A stretch of DNA of 64,000 nt, from positions 40,950-104,949 of the forward strand of contig CAYYJF010000001.1 of NCBI GenBank assembly GCA_964472175.1, read 5' to 3'. The position numbers were made by a program, and so were the translations under genes. This stretch comes from an uncultured Bacteroidales bacterium (GTDB lineage Bacteria; Bacteroidota; Bacteroidia; Bacteroidales; UBA1402). The notes beneath the pieces are model-generated. The model was not told the origin of the DNA. It ran no database searches and was given only the letters and a program-made list of their open reading frames with translations. This document shows positions 40,589-50,291 of the stretch, one piece after another; the stretch's first letter is position 1, and each line of letters opens with the position of its first letter.

Positions 40589-41530
40589 ATGATTGAAATG
40601 GATTACATTTCTGAGATAAAAAGACTTAAGAGGGAAAAAGATGCCATTATCATGGCTCATTATTATCAGGCAAATGAAATTCAGGATATTGCTGATTTTA
40701 TAGGTGATAGTTTGGCATTGGCCCAACAAGCAGCCAAAATTCAATCCAAAATATTGGTGGTATGTGGTGTGTATTTTATGGGAGAAACAGCAAAAATTTT
40801 ATCTCCTGATAAAAAAGTACTGGTACCAGATGTAAATGCAGGTTGTTCACTGGCTGATAGTTGTAAAGCGGAAGATTTTAAGCTATTTATTGACAAACAC
40901 CCCAATCATAAAGTGGTGACGTATGTCAATACAACAGCCGACGTGAAAGCTTTAACCGATATTGTTGTCACTTCTTCCAACGCCGTTCAAATCATACAGT
41001 CGTTTCCAAAAGACGAAAAAATAATCTTTGGACCAGACAGAAATTTAGGCAATTATATCAATAGTCTGACAGGTAGAAATATGGTTTTGTGGGATGGAGC
41101 CTGCCACGTTCATGAGCAATTTTCTGTTGAAAAAATTGTACAATTAAAATTATTGCATCCCAGTGCGCTCATTTTAGCACATCCCGAGTGTAAAGATGTT
41201 TTGTTAAAAATGGCCGATTTTATTGGTTCAACCTCGGCCATTATTCAGTACGTTGAACAATCCGGGGAGCAGCAATTTATTGTTGCAACAGAATCCGGTA
41301 TATTGCATGAACTGAAGAAGAAATGCCCGGATAAGGAGTTTATTCCTGCACCACCGAATGACAGCAGCTGTGCCTGCAACGAATGTATGTATATGCGTTT
41401 GAATACCATCCAAAAAATTCATGATTGTTTGTTGAATGAACACAATGAAGTCTTGATTGATGAAGCCATTCGCATCAAAGCCGAAAAACCAATTCGACGC
41501 ATGTTGGAATTGTCAATCAAATTGAAATGA
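40589..41530 (+). CDS. nadA: Quinolinate synthase
   Basis: AHYYQ, GCSLADSC, YVNT, ACHVH, AHPEC, CACNECMYM. Confidence 0.95.
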   Translation: MIEMDYISEIKRLKREKDAIIMAHYYQANEIQDIADFIGDSLALAQQAAKIQSKILVVCGVYFMGETAKILSPDKKVLVPDVNAGCSLADSCKAEDFKLFIDKHPNHKVVTYVNTTADVKALTDIVVTSSNAVQIIQSFPKDEKIIFGPDRNLGNYINSLTGRNMVLWDGACHVHEQFSVEKIVQLKLLHPSALILAHPECKDVLLKMADFIGSTSAIIQYVEQSGEQQFIVATESGILHELKKKCPDKEFIPAPPNDSSCACNECMYMRLNTIQKIHDCLLNEHNEVLIDEAIRIKAEKPIRRMLELSIKLK

Positions 41531-41545
41531 TGTAATCAACAGCTT

Positions 41546-42121
41546 ATGAATCGGATTATTTTTGCCACGAACAACAAACACAAACTGGAGGAAGCTTCCA
41601 ATATTTTGTCTTCATCCGTTCAGATTGTATCTCTGAAAGAAATTGGTTTTTCAGGTGACATACCTGAAACAGGAAACACGTTGATAGAAAATGCATTACA
41701 AAAAGCTAGATACATATTTGATCGATACGCTATGAATTGCATGGCTGATGATACAGGTTTGGAAGTTGAAGCATTGGATGGCCGCCCCGGAGTCTATTCA
41801 GCCAGATATGCAGGACCTGAATGTTCGTCTGAAAAAAATATCGAAAAACTACTGTTTGAATTAAAAGAGTGTTCGAATAGAAAAGCAAGTTTTAAAACGG
41901 TTGTTGCTTTGATTTTGGAAGGAAAGGAATATTTGTTTGAAGGTGTTGTGGATGGTGAAATTCTGGGCGAAAAATCAGGGAATCAGGGCTTTGGTTATGA
42001 TCCCGTTTTCAAACCGAATGGAAGTAAGCTAACATTTGCTGAAATGACTTCTGAAAGTAAAAATTCAATCAGTCACAGAGCATTGGCATTTAATAAATTG
42101 GCTATTTTCTTAAATCAATGA
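41546..42121 (+). CDS. rdgB: Non-canonical purine NTP pyrophosphatase
   Basis: ATNNKHK, ADDTGL, PGVYSARY, FGYDPVF, SHR. Confidence 0.95.
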   Translation: MNRIIFATNNKHKLEEASNILSSSVQIVSLKEIGFSGDIPETGNTLIENALQKARYIFDRYAMNCMADDTGLEVEALDGRPGVYSARYAGPECSSEKNIEKLLFELKECSNRKASFKTVVALILEGKEYLFEGVVDGEILGEKSGNQGFGYDPVFKPNGSKLTFAEMTSESKNSISHRALAFNKLAIFLNQ

Positions 42122-44430
42122 ACAAGGTTTTATTTCCTGTTTTATTTGTTTTGATGCTGCTAAGCCATCCTATTTTTGGACAAGAACCTGTTGGTTTTTG
42201 GAGAACCCATTATTCCTATAAAAATGCCAACCAGGTGGTGTTCACCGATCAAATGGTATTTGTTGAAGCAAATCACAAATTATATACGTATCATCCAGCA
42301 ACCAACGATGTTCAAATTTTAACCAATTTGGATGGTTTAAATGGCAATGATGTTTCAAAAATCGCCTGGTGTTCAGAACAAAAAACCCTGGTTATCATAT
42401 ACATTGATGGAAATATTGATTTCTACCAAAATGGGACGATTTATAATCTGAATGATTTCAAAAAAAAATCACTGACGACAGATAAATCTATCCTGAATCT
42501 GAGAATTTATGGCTCTCAGGCGTTTATTTCAACAAAATCGGGATTGTTGGAAGTGGATGTGAAAAGAAAAGAATTTTCCAATGCCTATTTATTTTCGTTT
42601 AATTCGGGAGAAAATGCACTTTCTGACGCTGTCATGTATCATGATACTCTGTACATGCTTACACCGGGTGGGATATTTGCCGGCAATAAAAATGACAATT
42701 TGCTGGATGCCGACTATTGGAAGCAGGTAGATACTTTTACCAGTAAAAATGCCCATCAATTGATCTGGTTCAATGAATCGTTTATGCTTTTAGACCATTC
42801 CGGAAATGTGTTTCGTGGTGAACCGGGTCATTGGAATCCCTTTTTAACCGGAAATAATATTTTATCCATTCAATCTCAGGATTCCATGTTGTTTGCCAAT
42901 AGTCAGCAATCGACTTACATCTTTGACAAAGCATATATCATGAAGCCAATTGATTTGGGGGTATCAAATGCAGTCGCTTATGATTCAAAGAATAATCTGA
43001 TTTATCGGGCGCAGGGAAATCAGGGGTTGTCTGAATTGCGTTGGAACGGAGTCCGGTACGAAGTGAAAGCTGATTCCATCTTTCCTGAAGGTCCACCCAT
43101 GAATCATGCATGGAATTCTTACTATAAAGACGGGCATTTATATGTTACTGGAGGTGGCCGTTGGACAGGCAGGTCTTGGTATCCGGGTGAAGTCGCAAAA
43201 TTTGATGGAGAAAATTGGACGGATTTATCTGATATACAGTCTGCTACAGACTCTATTGGATATAAGCCTTGTGATTTTTTAAATATTGCAGTAGATCCGC
43301 AGGACGATTCACATTATTTTATTACCACTTGGGGCGATGGCTTGTTGGAGTATAAAAATAATAAATTCTACAAGCAATACAATCAATTTAACAGCCCATT
43401 AAAAACCATTGTTCCTGGTCGTTATTGTCGCGTTGATGGCGCCATATTTGATCAAAATGGCGATTTATGGGTGCTCAATTCAACCTATTATTCGGGAAGT
43501 TTTAAGGCCGATTCAGCGTTGTTTATTTTGAATAAAAATGGCACTTGGTCGAAAAAATTATTTTCTCAATTAAAAGCTTCCCCTACCTGGAATTCGATTT
43601 TATTTACCAGAAATAATCAGGTTTGGTTGAATTCTGCAAGGGTGTTAAACGGCATTTTTGTTTTTGACAATACAACGACTACAAACCCAAGTGCTAAGTT
43701 TTATGACAGTTTTACCGATCAGGATGGCCAGGCTTTTAGTCCTTGGAAAATTTTGTGTATGACAGAAGATTTGGACGGAACTGTTTGGATTGGAACCAAT
43801 TTAGGGCCTCTGGTTGCGAGCAACATTGAGCAAATTTTTGATCCGGAATACACTTTTACACGCATAAAAATTCCAAGAAATGATGGATCGGAAGTGGCGG
43901 ATTATTTATTGAACAAGATTCAAATCAATTGTATTACGGTTGATGGCGCGAACCGAAAATGGATAGGAACCGAAAATGACGGTGTTTATTTGGTTTCAGC
44001 CGATGGAACAAAAACCATCCATCATTTTAATACTGAAAATAGTGTATTGCCTTCAGATTTGATTTGGTCAATCTCCATTCATCCGGAAACAGGTGAAGTT
44101 TTTATTGGAACGGAAATGGGCCTGGTTGGTTTCAGAAGTGATGCCATCACGGGAAAAGAGGACTACAATCGGGTATATGTATTTCCAAATCCTGTTCAGC
44201 CAAATTTTGTTGGTCAAATCACGGTGACAGGCTTGATGAAAGATACTCAGGTACGAATTACAGATCTCAATGGTCAAACAGTGATCAAAGGCAAATCTTT
44301 GGGTGGACAGTTTTCCTGGAATGGATACTTGGTGAATGGTAAAAAAGCCCCAAGTGGCGTCTATTTGGTTTTTGCCGCATCGGCCGATGGGATGGAATCA
44401 CAAGTGTCAAAATTTATGATAGTCCGATGA
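42118..44430 (+). CDS. porZ: PorZ-like beta-propeller protein with T9SS C-terminal domain
   Basis: Signal peptide; propeller repeats (DGANRKWIGTENDGVY; FIGTEMGLV); CTD VYVFPNPV...SGVYLV...KFMIVR; 770 aa; downstream of rdgB. Confidence 0.75.
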   Translation: MNKVLFPVLFVLMLLSHPIFGQEPVGFWRTHYSYKNANQVVFTDQMVFVEANHKLYTYHPATNDVQILTNLDGLNGNDVSKIAWCSEQKTLVIIYIDGNIDFYQNGTIYNLNDFKKKSLTTDKSILNLRIYGSQAFISTKSGLLEVDVKRKEFSNAYLFSFNSGENALSDAVMYHDTLYMLTPGGIFAGNKNDNLLDADYWKQVDTFTSKNAHQLIWFNESFMLLDHSGNVFRGEPGHWNPFLTGNNILSIQSQDSMLFANSQQSTYIFDKAYIMKPIDLGVSNAVAYDSKNNLIYRAQGNQGLSELRWNGVRYEVKADSIFPEGPPMNHAWNSYYKDGHLYVTGGGRWTGRSWYPGEVAKFDGENWTDLSDIQSATDSIGYKPCDFLNIAVDPQDDSHYFITTWGDGLLEYKNNKFYKQYNQFNSPLKTIVPGRYCRVDGAIFDQNGDLWVLNSTYYSGSFKADSALFILNKNGTWSKKLFSQLKASPTWNSILFTRNNQVWLNSARVLNGIFVFDNTTTTNPSAKFYDSFTDQDGQAFSPWKILCMTEDLDGTVWIGTNLGPLVASNIEQIFDPEYTFTRIKIPRNDGSEVADYLLNKIQINCITVDGANRKWIGTENDGVYLVSADGTKTIHHFNTENSVLPSDLIWSISIHPETGEVFIGTEMGLVGFRSDAITGKEDYNRVYVFPNPVQPNFVGQITVTGLMKDTQVRITDLNGQTVIKGKSLGGQFSWNGYLVNGKKAPSGVYLVFAASADGMESQVSKFMIVR

Positions 44431-44904
44431 CATTTTTTCCCTTTCTCTCAACGCTTCATACAAGGTGGTGATGGTTTGTTTGATGGTAGGATGTATCAGA
44501 TTTGGGGCGATTTCCATCAATGGCTTCAAGACAAAAAATCTTTGATGTAAGTGTGGATGGGGAATCGTTAAGTGTTCATCTGAATAAATCCATTGGTCAT
44601 ACATCAGGATATCCAGATCAATCAGTCTGTCCTCGTACCTTGTTTTTCCTGTTTTAAGGCGCCCCATGACTTTTTCAATGTCTTTGAGCACCGTGAGGCA
44701 CTCCAATGGGGGAATCTCCGTCCTGATGAAAGCACAGGCATTCACAAAATGGTTGTTTGAATCAAACCCCCAGGGCTCAGAATAAAAAAACCCGGATCGA
44801 ACCACAACGGTTCCAATCCGAGTTTCTATTTCATTCAATGCTGTCTTGATTTGGGTTTCTTTATTTCCCAAATTGGAACCCAAACTAACATACAAATCGG
44901 CCAT
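44407..44904 (-). CDS. folK: 2-amino-4-hydroxy-6-hydroxymethyldihydropteridine diphosphokinase
   Basis: SLGSNLG, RLIDLDIL, IPHPHLHQRFFVLKPL. Confidence 0.95.
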   Translation of the reverse strand: MADLYVSLGSNLGNKETQIKTALNEIETRIGTVVVRSGFFYSEPWGFDSNNHFVNACAFIRTEIPPLECLTVLKDIEKVMGRLKTGKTRYEDRLIDLDILMYDQWIYSDEHLTIPHPHLHQRFFVLKPLMEIAPNLIHPTIKQTITTLYEALREREKMSSDYHKF

Positions 44905-44908
44905 GGCA

Positions 44909-45958
44909 TCAAATAATCAACATGGCATCGCCGTAGATTCCAAATCGATATTTTTCTTTGATGGCAATCTCATATGCATCCATAATCAATTCATATCCGC
45001 CGAAAGAGGCAACCATCATCAGCAGCGTAGATAATGGGGTATGAAAATTTGAAATCATGGAATTTGCTACGCTGAATTCATAGGGTGGGAAAATGAATTT
45101 ATTCGTCCAGCCATCGTAGCTTTTCAAATGACCTTCTGAACCAACAGAACTTTCAATTGCTCTCATAACAGTGGTTCCAACAGCACAGATTTTGTTACCT
45201 CCATCTCTGGCCTGGTTGACAATTTTTACAGCTTCTTCGGTAATCAGCATTTGTTCTGAGTCCATTTTGTGTTTGGTCAGATCTTCCACATCGATTTCGC
45301 GAAAGTTGCCCAAACCGGCATGCAAAGTCACATATGCAAATTTCGCACCTTTAATCTCCATTCTCTTGAGGAGTTCCCTGCTAAAATGCAAACCTGCACC
45401 GGGTGCAACCACAGCACCTTCATTCTTCGCAAAAATGGTCTGAAAACGCAACTCATCATCGGATTCAACCGGTCTTTTTATACTTCTTGGGAGTGGGGTT
45501 TCGCCCAATGCGAATAGTGCCTTTTTAAACTCATCATGAGGGCCGTCGTATAAAAATCTCAAAGTTCTGCCGCGTGATGTTGTGTTGTCAATCACTTCAG
45601 CGACCATAGAATCATCTTCACCAAAATACAGTTTGTTTCCAATTCTGATTTTTCTGGCCGGATCGACCAATACATCCCACAAACGAAGGTCTTCATTCAG
45701 TTCCCGAAGTAAAAATACTTCAATTTGCGCTCCTGTTTTTTCCTTGTTGCCATACAATCTGGCAGGAAAAACCCGGGTGTCATTGAAAATGAAAACGTCG
45801 TTTTCATCAAAATATCCGGCAAGATCTTTGAACAGTTTGTGTTCAATTGTTTTGGTGTTCCGATTCACCACCATGAGTCGGGATTCATCCCGATTGTAGG
45901 TTGGATACTGAGCCATGAGCTCTTCCGGAAGTTTAAACTTAAATTTGGAAAGTTTCAT
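44909..45958 (-). CDS. queA: S-adenosylmethionine:tRNA ribosyltransferase-isomerase
   Basis: [40 protein letters not shown]. Confidence 0.95.
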   Translation of the reverse strand: MKLSKFKFKLPEELMAQYPTYNRDESRLMVVNRNTKTIEHKLFKDLAGYFDENDVFIFNDTRVFPARLYGNKEKTGAQIEVFLLRELNEDLRLWDVLVDPARKIRIGNKLYFGEDDSMVAEVIDNTTSRGRTLRFLYDGPHDEFKKALFALGETPLPRSIKRPVESDDELRFQTIFAKNEGAVVAPGAGLHFSRELLKRMEIKGAKFAYVTLHAGLGNFREIDVEDLTKHKMDSEQMLITEEAVKIVNQARDGGNKICAVGTTVMRAIESSVGSEGHLKSYDGWTNKFIFPPYEFSVANSMISNFHTPLSTLLMMVASFGGYELIMDAYEIAIKEKYRFGIYGDAMLII

Positions 45959-45972
45959 ATTCAAAATTCAAT

Positions 45973-46662
45973 TTAAGACGAGACTGTCTGTCCAGTAATA
46001 ATAAAATCATTTATGTTCAGACAATGATCTATGGTAATATCGCCAATTCTTGTTCTACGTAATGCAGTGAGATGTGCGCCGCACTGCAATGATTCTCCTA
46101 AGTCACGTGCCAAAGCCCGAATGTATGTACCTTTACTACAGACCACTCTAATTGTGAGCTTTGGGAGTGAAAAATCCAGCAATTCTATTTCGTCAATAAT
46201 GAGTACTTTTGGTTTTAATTGTACTTCTTCACCTTTTCTGGCCATCTCATAAGCCCGTTTACCATCTACTTTACAGGCTGAAAAGGAAGGGGGTACTTGT
46301 TCAATTGTCCCAACAAACTTTTTCAGTGTGTTTTGTACTAGTTCTAATGTAACGTGTTTATAATCAAACCTTTGGTCTATCTCCTTTTCCAAATCAAAGG
46401 AGGGTGTCGTAGCACCCAATTCCAATTCGGCAATATATTCTTTTGTTTGGTATTGAAATTCTTCAATTCGTTTGGTTGCTTTGCCAGTGCAGATAATCAT
46501 CAAACCCGTTGCCAATGGATCCAATGTCCCGGCATGCCCAACCTTTAGTTTTTTAATACCCAATTGTTTACACAGATAGTTTCGTACTTTCGCAACCAAT
46601 TTAAAGGAAGTCCAAGTGAGCGGCTTATCGAAGTATAAAATGGCTCCTTCAATGTAATCCAT
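45973..46662 (-). CDS. truB: tRNA pseudouridine(55) synthase
   Basis: KVGHAGTLDPLATG, CSKGTYIR. Confidence 0.96.
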   Translation of the reverse strand: MDYIEGAILYFDKPLTWTSFKLVAKVRNYLCKQLGIKKLKVGHAGTLDPLATGLMIICTGKATKRIEEFQYQTKEYIAELELGATTPSFDLEKEIDQRFDYKHVTLELVQNTLKKFVGTIEQVPPSFSACKVDGKRAYEMARKGEEVQLKPKVLIIDEIELLDFSLPKLTIRVVCSKGTYIRALARDLGESLQCGAHLTALRRTRIGDITIDHCLNINDFIITGQTVSS

Positions 46663-46668
46663 TCTGTT

Positions 46669-46896
46669 TTATTCTACGTCTTTGCTTTTTTTGAGTATGC
46701 CGAAGATGACAAAAATAAAACCAAAAAAGGAAACTCCAGGTCCCAGAACAATTCTTCTGAAACTGAAAATATCCGGATTGAATTGTGTTTCTCCAGATGG
46801 CTCACCCATCATCAATAAATAGCCGAGAATGACAGCTAAAACACCGATTCCGATCAGGATAAAATTCTGTTTGTCAAGGGCAAATTTTTTGTTCAT
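46669..46896 (-). CDS. DUF3098-type small membrane protein
   Basis: Two TM segments around FNPDIFSFRRI; between ftsX and truB. Confidence 0.8.
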   Translation of the reverse strand: MNKKFALDKQNFILIGIGVLAVILGYLLMMGEPSGETQFNPDIFSFRRIVLGPGVSFFGFIFVIFGILKKSKDVE

Positions 46897-46906
46897 AACT
46901 TAATAA

Positions 46907-47785
46907 TTATACGTAGTATAAATGACTCACATTCATTTTTAAATATTTGGATACAGCCAACCAGGTTGCACCAACGATAATCAAGACACCGAAAAAGAGC
47001 AGAATTAAAAATACAATGCCCAGTGTAGCGGGGGTAATCAATTGTATGGTCCCTTCCATGCGTTGTTCCAGATAAGCAATCAAACCCCACAAACAAGCCG
47101 TTGAAAGGATTGCAGAAACAACCCCAACCCACATGTTTTCCAACAAAAAGGGTTTTCTGATAAAGTTGTTGCTTGCACCAACCAATTGCATCGTGCGAAT
47201 GATAAACCTTTTTGAATAGATCATCAAACGAACCGTATTTCGAATCAATGAAAAAGAAATAAATGTTAAAAGGGCGGCCAAAATCAACAATACAAAACCA
47301 ACTCGACGAATGTTGTTGTTCACCAATTCGATCAAGTCTTTTCGGTACAACACTTCATCGACTGAGGAAAATGTTTTCAGTGATTTTTCAATTTTTGCGA
47401 TGCTGTCACTGTTTGCATAGGGTGCATGCAGAAAAATCTCAAAAGATTCCAACAATGGGTTTGCGCCCAAAAAAGCTTCCGGATTCTCTCCTAAATTTTC
47501 AACCAAATCTTTCATGGCTGTTTCTTTATCTACATATTCAACAGATTTTGCCCAAACCGATTTTTCCAAATGGCCTTGCAGCATTTTGATGTCTGGCAGT
47601 GGTGTTGTTTCGTCAATAATGACTGAAAGAGAGATGTTTTCTTTCACGTTTTTTGAAAGATTTTTGGCGGTGATGGCCAAAATCAACATGATTCCGGTCA
47701 ATAGCAAGACCAAAGTGATGCTGACAGTTGCATTGAAACGCGCATTGAAAACCCTTGTAGCGCTGATTTTGTTTTGTTTATCCAT
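46907..47785 (-). CDS. ftsX: Cell division permease FtsX
   Basis: NTVRLMIYSKRFIIRTMQLVGASNNFIRKPFL; LGANPL; 4 TM layout. Confidence 0.9.
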   Translation of the reverse strand: MDKQNKISATRVFNARFNATVSITLVLLLTGIMLILAITAKNLSKNVKENISLSVIIDETTPLPDIKMLQGHLEKSVWAKSVEYVDKETAMKDLVENLGENPEAFLGANPLLESFEIFLHAPYANSDSIAKIEKSLKTFSSVDEVLYRKDLIELVNNNIRRVGFVLLILAALLTFISFSLIRNTVRLMIYSKRFIIRTMQLVGASNNFIRKPFLLENMWVGVVSAILSTACLWGLIAYLEQRMEGTIQLITPATLGIVFLILLFFGVLIIVGATWLAVSKYLKMNVSHLYYV

Positions 47786-47859
47786 GAAAGCAGTTTTCCC
47801 CGAAAATTGGCGCAAATTTGCTAAAAATATCCCAAATATACGATGGAAAACGCCGATTT

Positions 47860-49197
47860 TTATGACTTATTATCAATTAATTCTCCAAAAAGGGTTGCTG
47901 AGGTGCAATCGTTGATTTTTACTTGCCTTAATTGGCCAATTCTTGAATCATCTTTTGGAAAAATGACGACTTTATTTTGCTGCGTTCTTCCAAAATACAT
48001 CTCCCTGGATCTTTTTGAAAAACCTTCCACCAAAATTTCAAAGGTTTTTCCAATATTTTTTCGATTACTTTGTTCGGACAATGCATTTTGTGTTGCAATC
48101 AACTCGTTCAATCTCCTGACTTTTTCTTTTTCGCTGACGGTGTCGGGCAAATGTTTGGCAGCGTGTGTGCCTGGTCTTTCCGAATACTTGAATAAAAAGG
48201 CTGAATCAAACTGTACTTCTTTCATCAATTCGATGCTTTCGAGATGATCTTCTATGGTTTCCGAATGAAATCCGCAAAACAAATCGGTTGACAAACCACA
48301 ATCGGGAATGATTCTTTTGATGCTTTGAATGCGTTCCAGGTACCATTGCTTATCGTACTTCCTGTTCATTAGCTTCAAAATTCTTGAACTGCCCGATTGA
48401 ACCGGCAAATGGATGTGGTTGCAGATGTTTTTTCTGGAAGCGATGGTTTCTAAAATCTCATCACTCATATCTTTTGGATGTGAGGTCGCAAACCGGATGC
48501 GCATGTCCGGTTGTTCATCGGCAACCAATTGCAGCAAAGACGCAAAATTGATGACCTTTCCGTTTGCATTTTCGTAGTGATAGGAATTCACATTCTGACC
48601 CAATAAAGTCACTTCTTTGTATCCTTTATTCCACAAATCATTGAGTTCCTTGAGAAGGCTTTCAGGTTCACGGCTGCGCTCTCTGCCTCTGGTATAAGGA
48701 ACGATGCAATAGGTACAAAAATTATTACATCCACGCATGATTGAAATAAAACCGCTAATACCTTTCCCAAGTCTTGCCGGCAACACATCTTTGTATGTTT
48801 CTGTTGTTGACAATTCAATGTTGATGGCTTTGTTCCCCTGCTGTACAGCCCCGATCAAATTGGGCAAATCCATGTACGAATCAGGTCCAACAACCAAATC
48901 CACGTGGTGGTTTTCAATCAGGGAATCTTTCATCCGCTCTGCCATGCATCCAAGAATACCTAAGACTTGTTTCCGCCCATTTTTCTTTCGCAACGAATGA
49001 AAATAGTCCAGCTTGGAAAATATTTTTTGTTCCGCATTATCTCTGATGGAACAAGTATTGATCAAAATTAAGTCCGCATTTTCGGGTTTGTTTGTCAATT
49101 CAAAGCCATCAATGCCCAAAATGGACACCACAACTTCACTATCGGCTACATTCATTTGGCAGCCATAGGTTTCGATATATACAGTTTGATTGTTCAA
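47860..49197 (-). CDS. miaB: tRNA-2-methylthio-N6-dimethylallyladenosine synthase
   Basis: TYGCQMN, NTCSIR, CNNFCTYC radical SAM motif, HLPVQSGS, TRAM domain. Confidence 0.95.
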   Translation of the reverse strand: MNNQTVYIETYGCQMNVADSEVVVSILGIDGFELTNKPENADLILINTCSIRDNAEQKIFSKLDYFHSLRKKNGRKQVLGILGCMAERMKDSLIENHHVDLVVGPDSYMDLPNLIGAVQQGNKAINIELSTTETYKDVLPARLGKGISGFISIMRGCNNFCTYCIVPYTRGRERSREPESLLKELNDLWNKGYKEVTLLGQNVNSYHYENANGKVINFASLLQLVADEQPDMRIRFATSHPKDMSDEILETIASRKNICNHIHLPVQSGSSRILKLMNRKYDKQWYLERIQSIKRIIPDCGLSTDLFCGFHSETIEDHLESIELMKEVQFDSAFLFKYSERPGTHAAKHLPDTVSEKEKVRRLNELIATQNALSEQSNRKNIGKTFEILVEGFSKRSREMYFGRTQQNKVVIFPKDDSRIGQLRQVKINDCTSATLFGELIDNKS

Positions 49198-49218
49198 AGG
49201 ATAAAAAATTAATGTCAG

Positions 49219-50082
49219 TTATGAAAAATGTATGGTGAATCGTGCCATCACTTTTTCTGAATAAGTTTTGGATACGGGAATGTCAGGAACGCGTTCCTCA
49301 TCCAGTGCCAGGTAAATGCCGTCTTTTTCCTTTCTTAAGACTTTTACTTTGTCAAAATTAACAACATAAGATCTGTGGCAACGAATCAAGGAAGTGTTCG
49401 CAAAGCGATCTTCTAAATTTTTCAAAGTATTTCTGAGCATAAAGTGCACAATTTTGCCTTTATTGAAATAATGGACTTTTACATAGTTATCGGCCGATTC
49501 TAAATACAAGAGTTGGTCGGATTGAACGGATAATTTAAAATCGCCCTTTTCATCATTGAAAACAATCATTTCTTTTTTGGTTGAATCCACTTCGATTTCA
49601 TCCGATGCCAGCTTTTCCAGTTTCTCTTTTTTGTCTACCCATGAAAAATATAACCAGGAAATGGAATAGGGTAACAACAAAACCAGGCTGGTATTCCGTA
49701 TGGAACCTTTCAGCAGTGTGAGGACATCCCTACTGTCTTTCAATGCGATTTGTTCAAACAGGGTATAAAACGAAGCCATAATGGTAATTTCCATGAGCAC
49801 CCAAAGCAGGTATTGCCATAAAAACAACTCCCTTCCTTTTTTGGTGCTATAATACATGATGATCCGACTTAGCACGACCACCAGGATTCCGGTTAAAATG
49901 ATCAGACTGGAATACAATAAATATCCCATATCAGAAATGCCCGGTTTCCAGTTTCTTGAATTAAATGGTTCATAAAAATTGATAAACACCAATGCAAAAA
50001 GCGAGGTAAACAAAATCATTGTAATGATGTTGTTTTTCTTGTTGATGTATTCCGGGACCTTTTGAAATAGTGCTTCAAACAT
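49219..50082 (-). CDS. Membrane-anchored LytTR family transcriptional regulator
   Basis: About 4 N-terminal TM helices, no receiver domain; C-terminal LYLESADNYV...RCHRSYVVN...IPVSKTY. Confidence 0.88.
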   Translation of the reverse strand: MFEALFQKVPEYINKKNNIITMILFTSLFALVFINFYEPFNSRNWKPGISDMGYLLYSSLIILTGILVVVLSRIIMYYSTKKGRELFLWQYLLWVLMEITIMASFYTLFEQIALKDSRDVLTLLKGSIRNTSLVLLLPYSISWLYFSWVDKKEKLEKLASDEIEVDSTKKEMIVFNDEKGDFKLSVQSDQLLYLESADNYVKVHYFNKGKIVHFMLRNTLKNLEDRFANTSLIRCHRSYVVNFDKVKVLRKEKDGIYLALDEERVPDIPVSKTYSEKVMARFTIHFS

Positions 50083-50102
50083 ACGGATGGGTGTTTATGG
50101 TG

Positions 50103-50110
50103 CAAAAATA
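50103..50110 (-). promoter_or_regulatory. -7 promoter element (TATTTTTG) of LytTR gene
   Basis: Exact TAnnTTTG 20 nt upstream of ATG. Confidence 0.65.
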
Positions 50111-50162
50111 ACTCAATTCTTCATTCGAAAAGCCTAAAAATCCAACTTCTTTTATTTGATAC

Positions 50163-50193
50163 TTCACCCCTGTTGGCGGATTTTTATCCCTGT
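50163..50193 (+). repeat. Imperfect direct repeat TTCACCCCTGT / TTTATCCCTGT (20-bp period), candidate LytTR operator
   Basis: 9/11 identity; lies between the LytTR gene and the divergent hydrolase. Confidence 0.4.
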
Positions 50194-50291
50194 ATATTCA
50201 AAATCGACCTGAAAGATACTCAAAAAAACCATCTGTTTGTAATCAAATTTTGTCATGACTTCCTTTGTACTCTATTTAGAACAATAAATAT

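Noticed and set aside
46907-47785. ftsX without adjacent ftsE
   Set aside because: Split ftsE/ftsX arrangement is usual in Bacteroidetes
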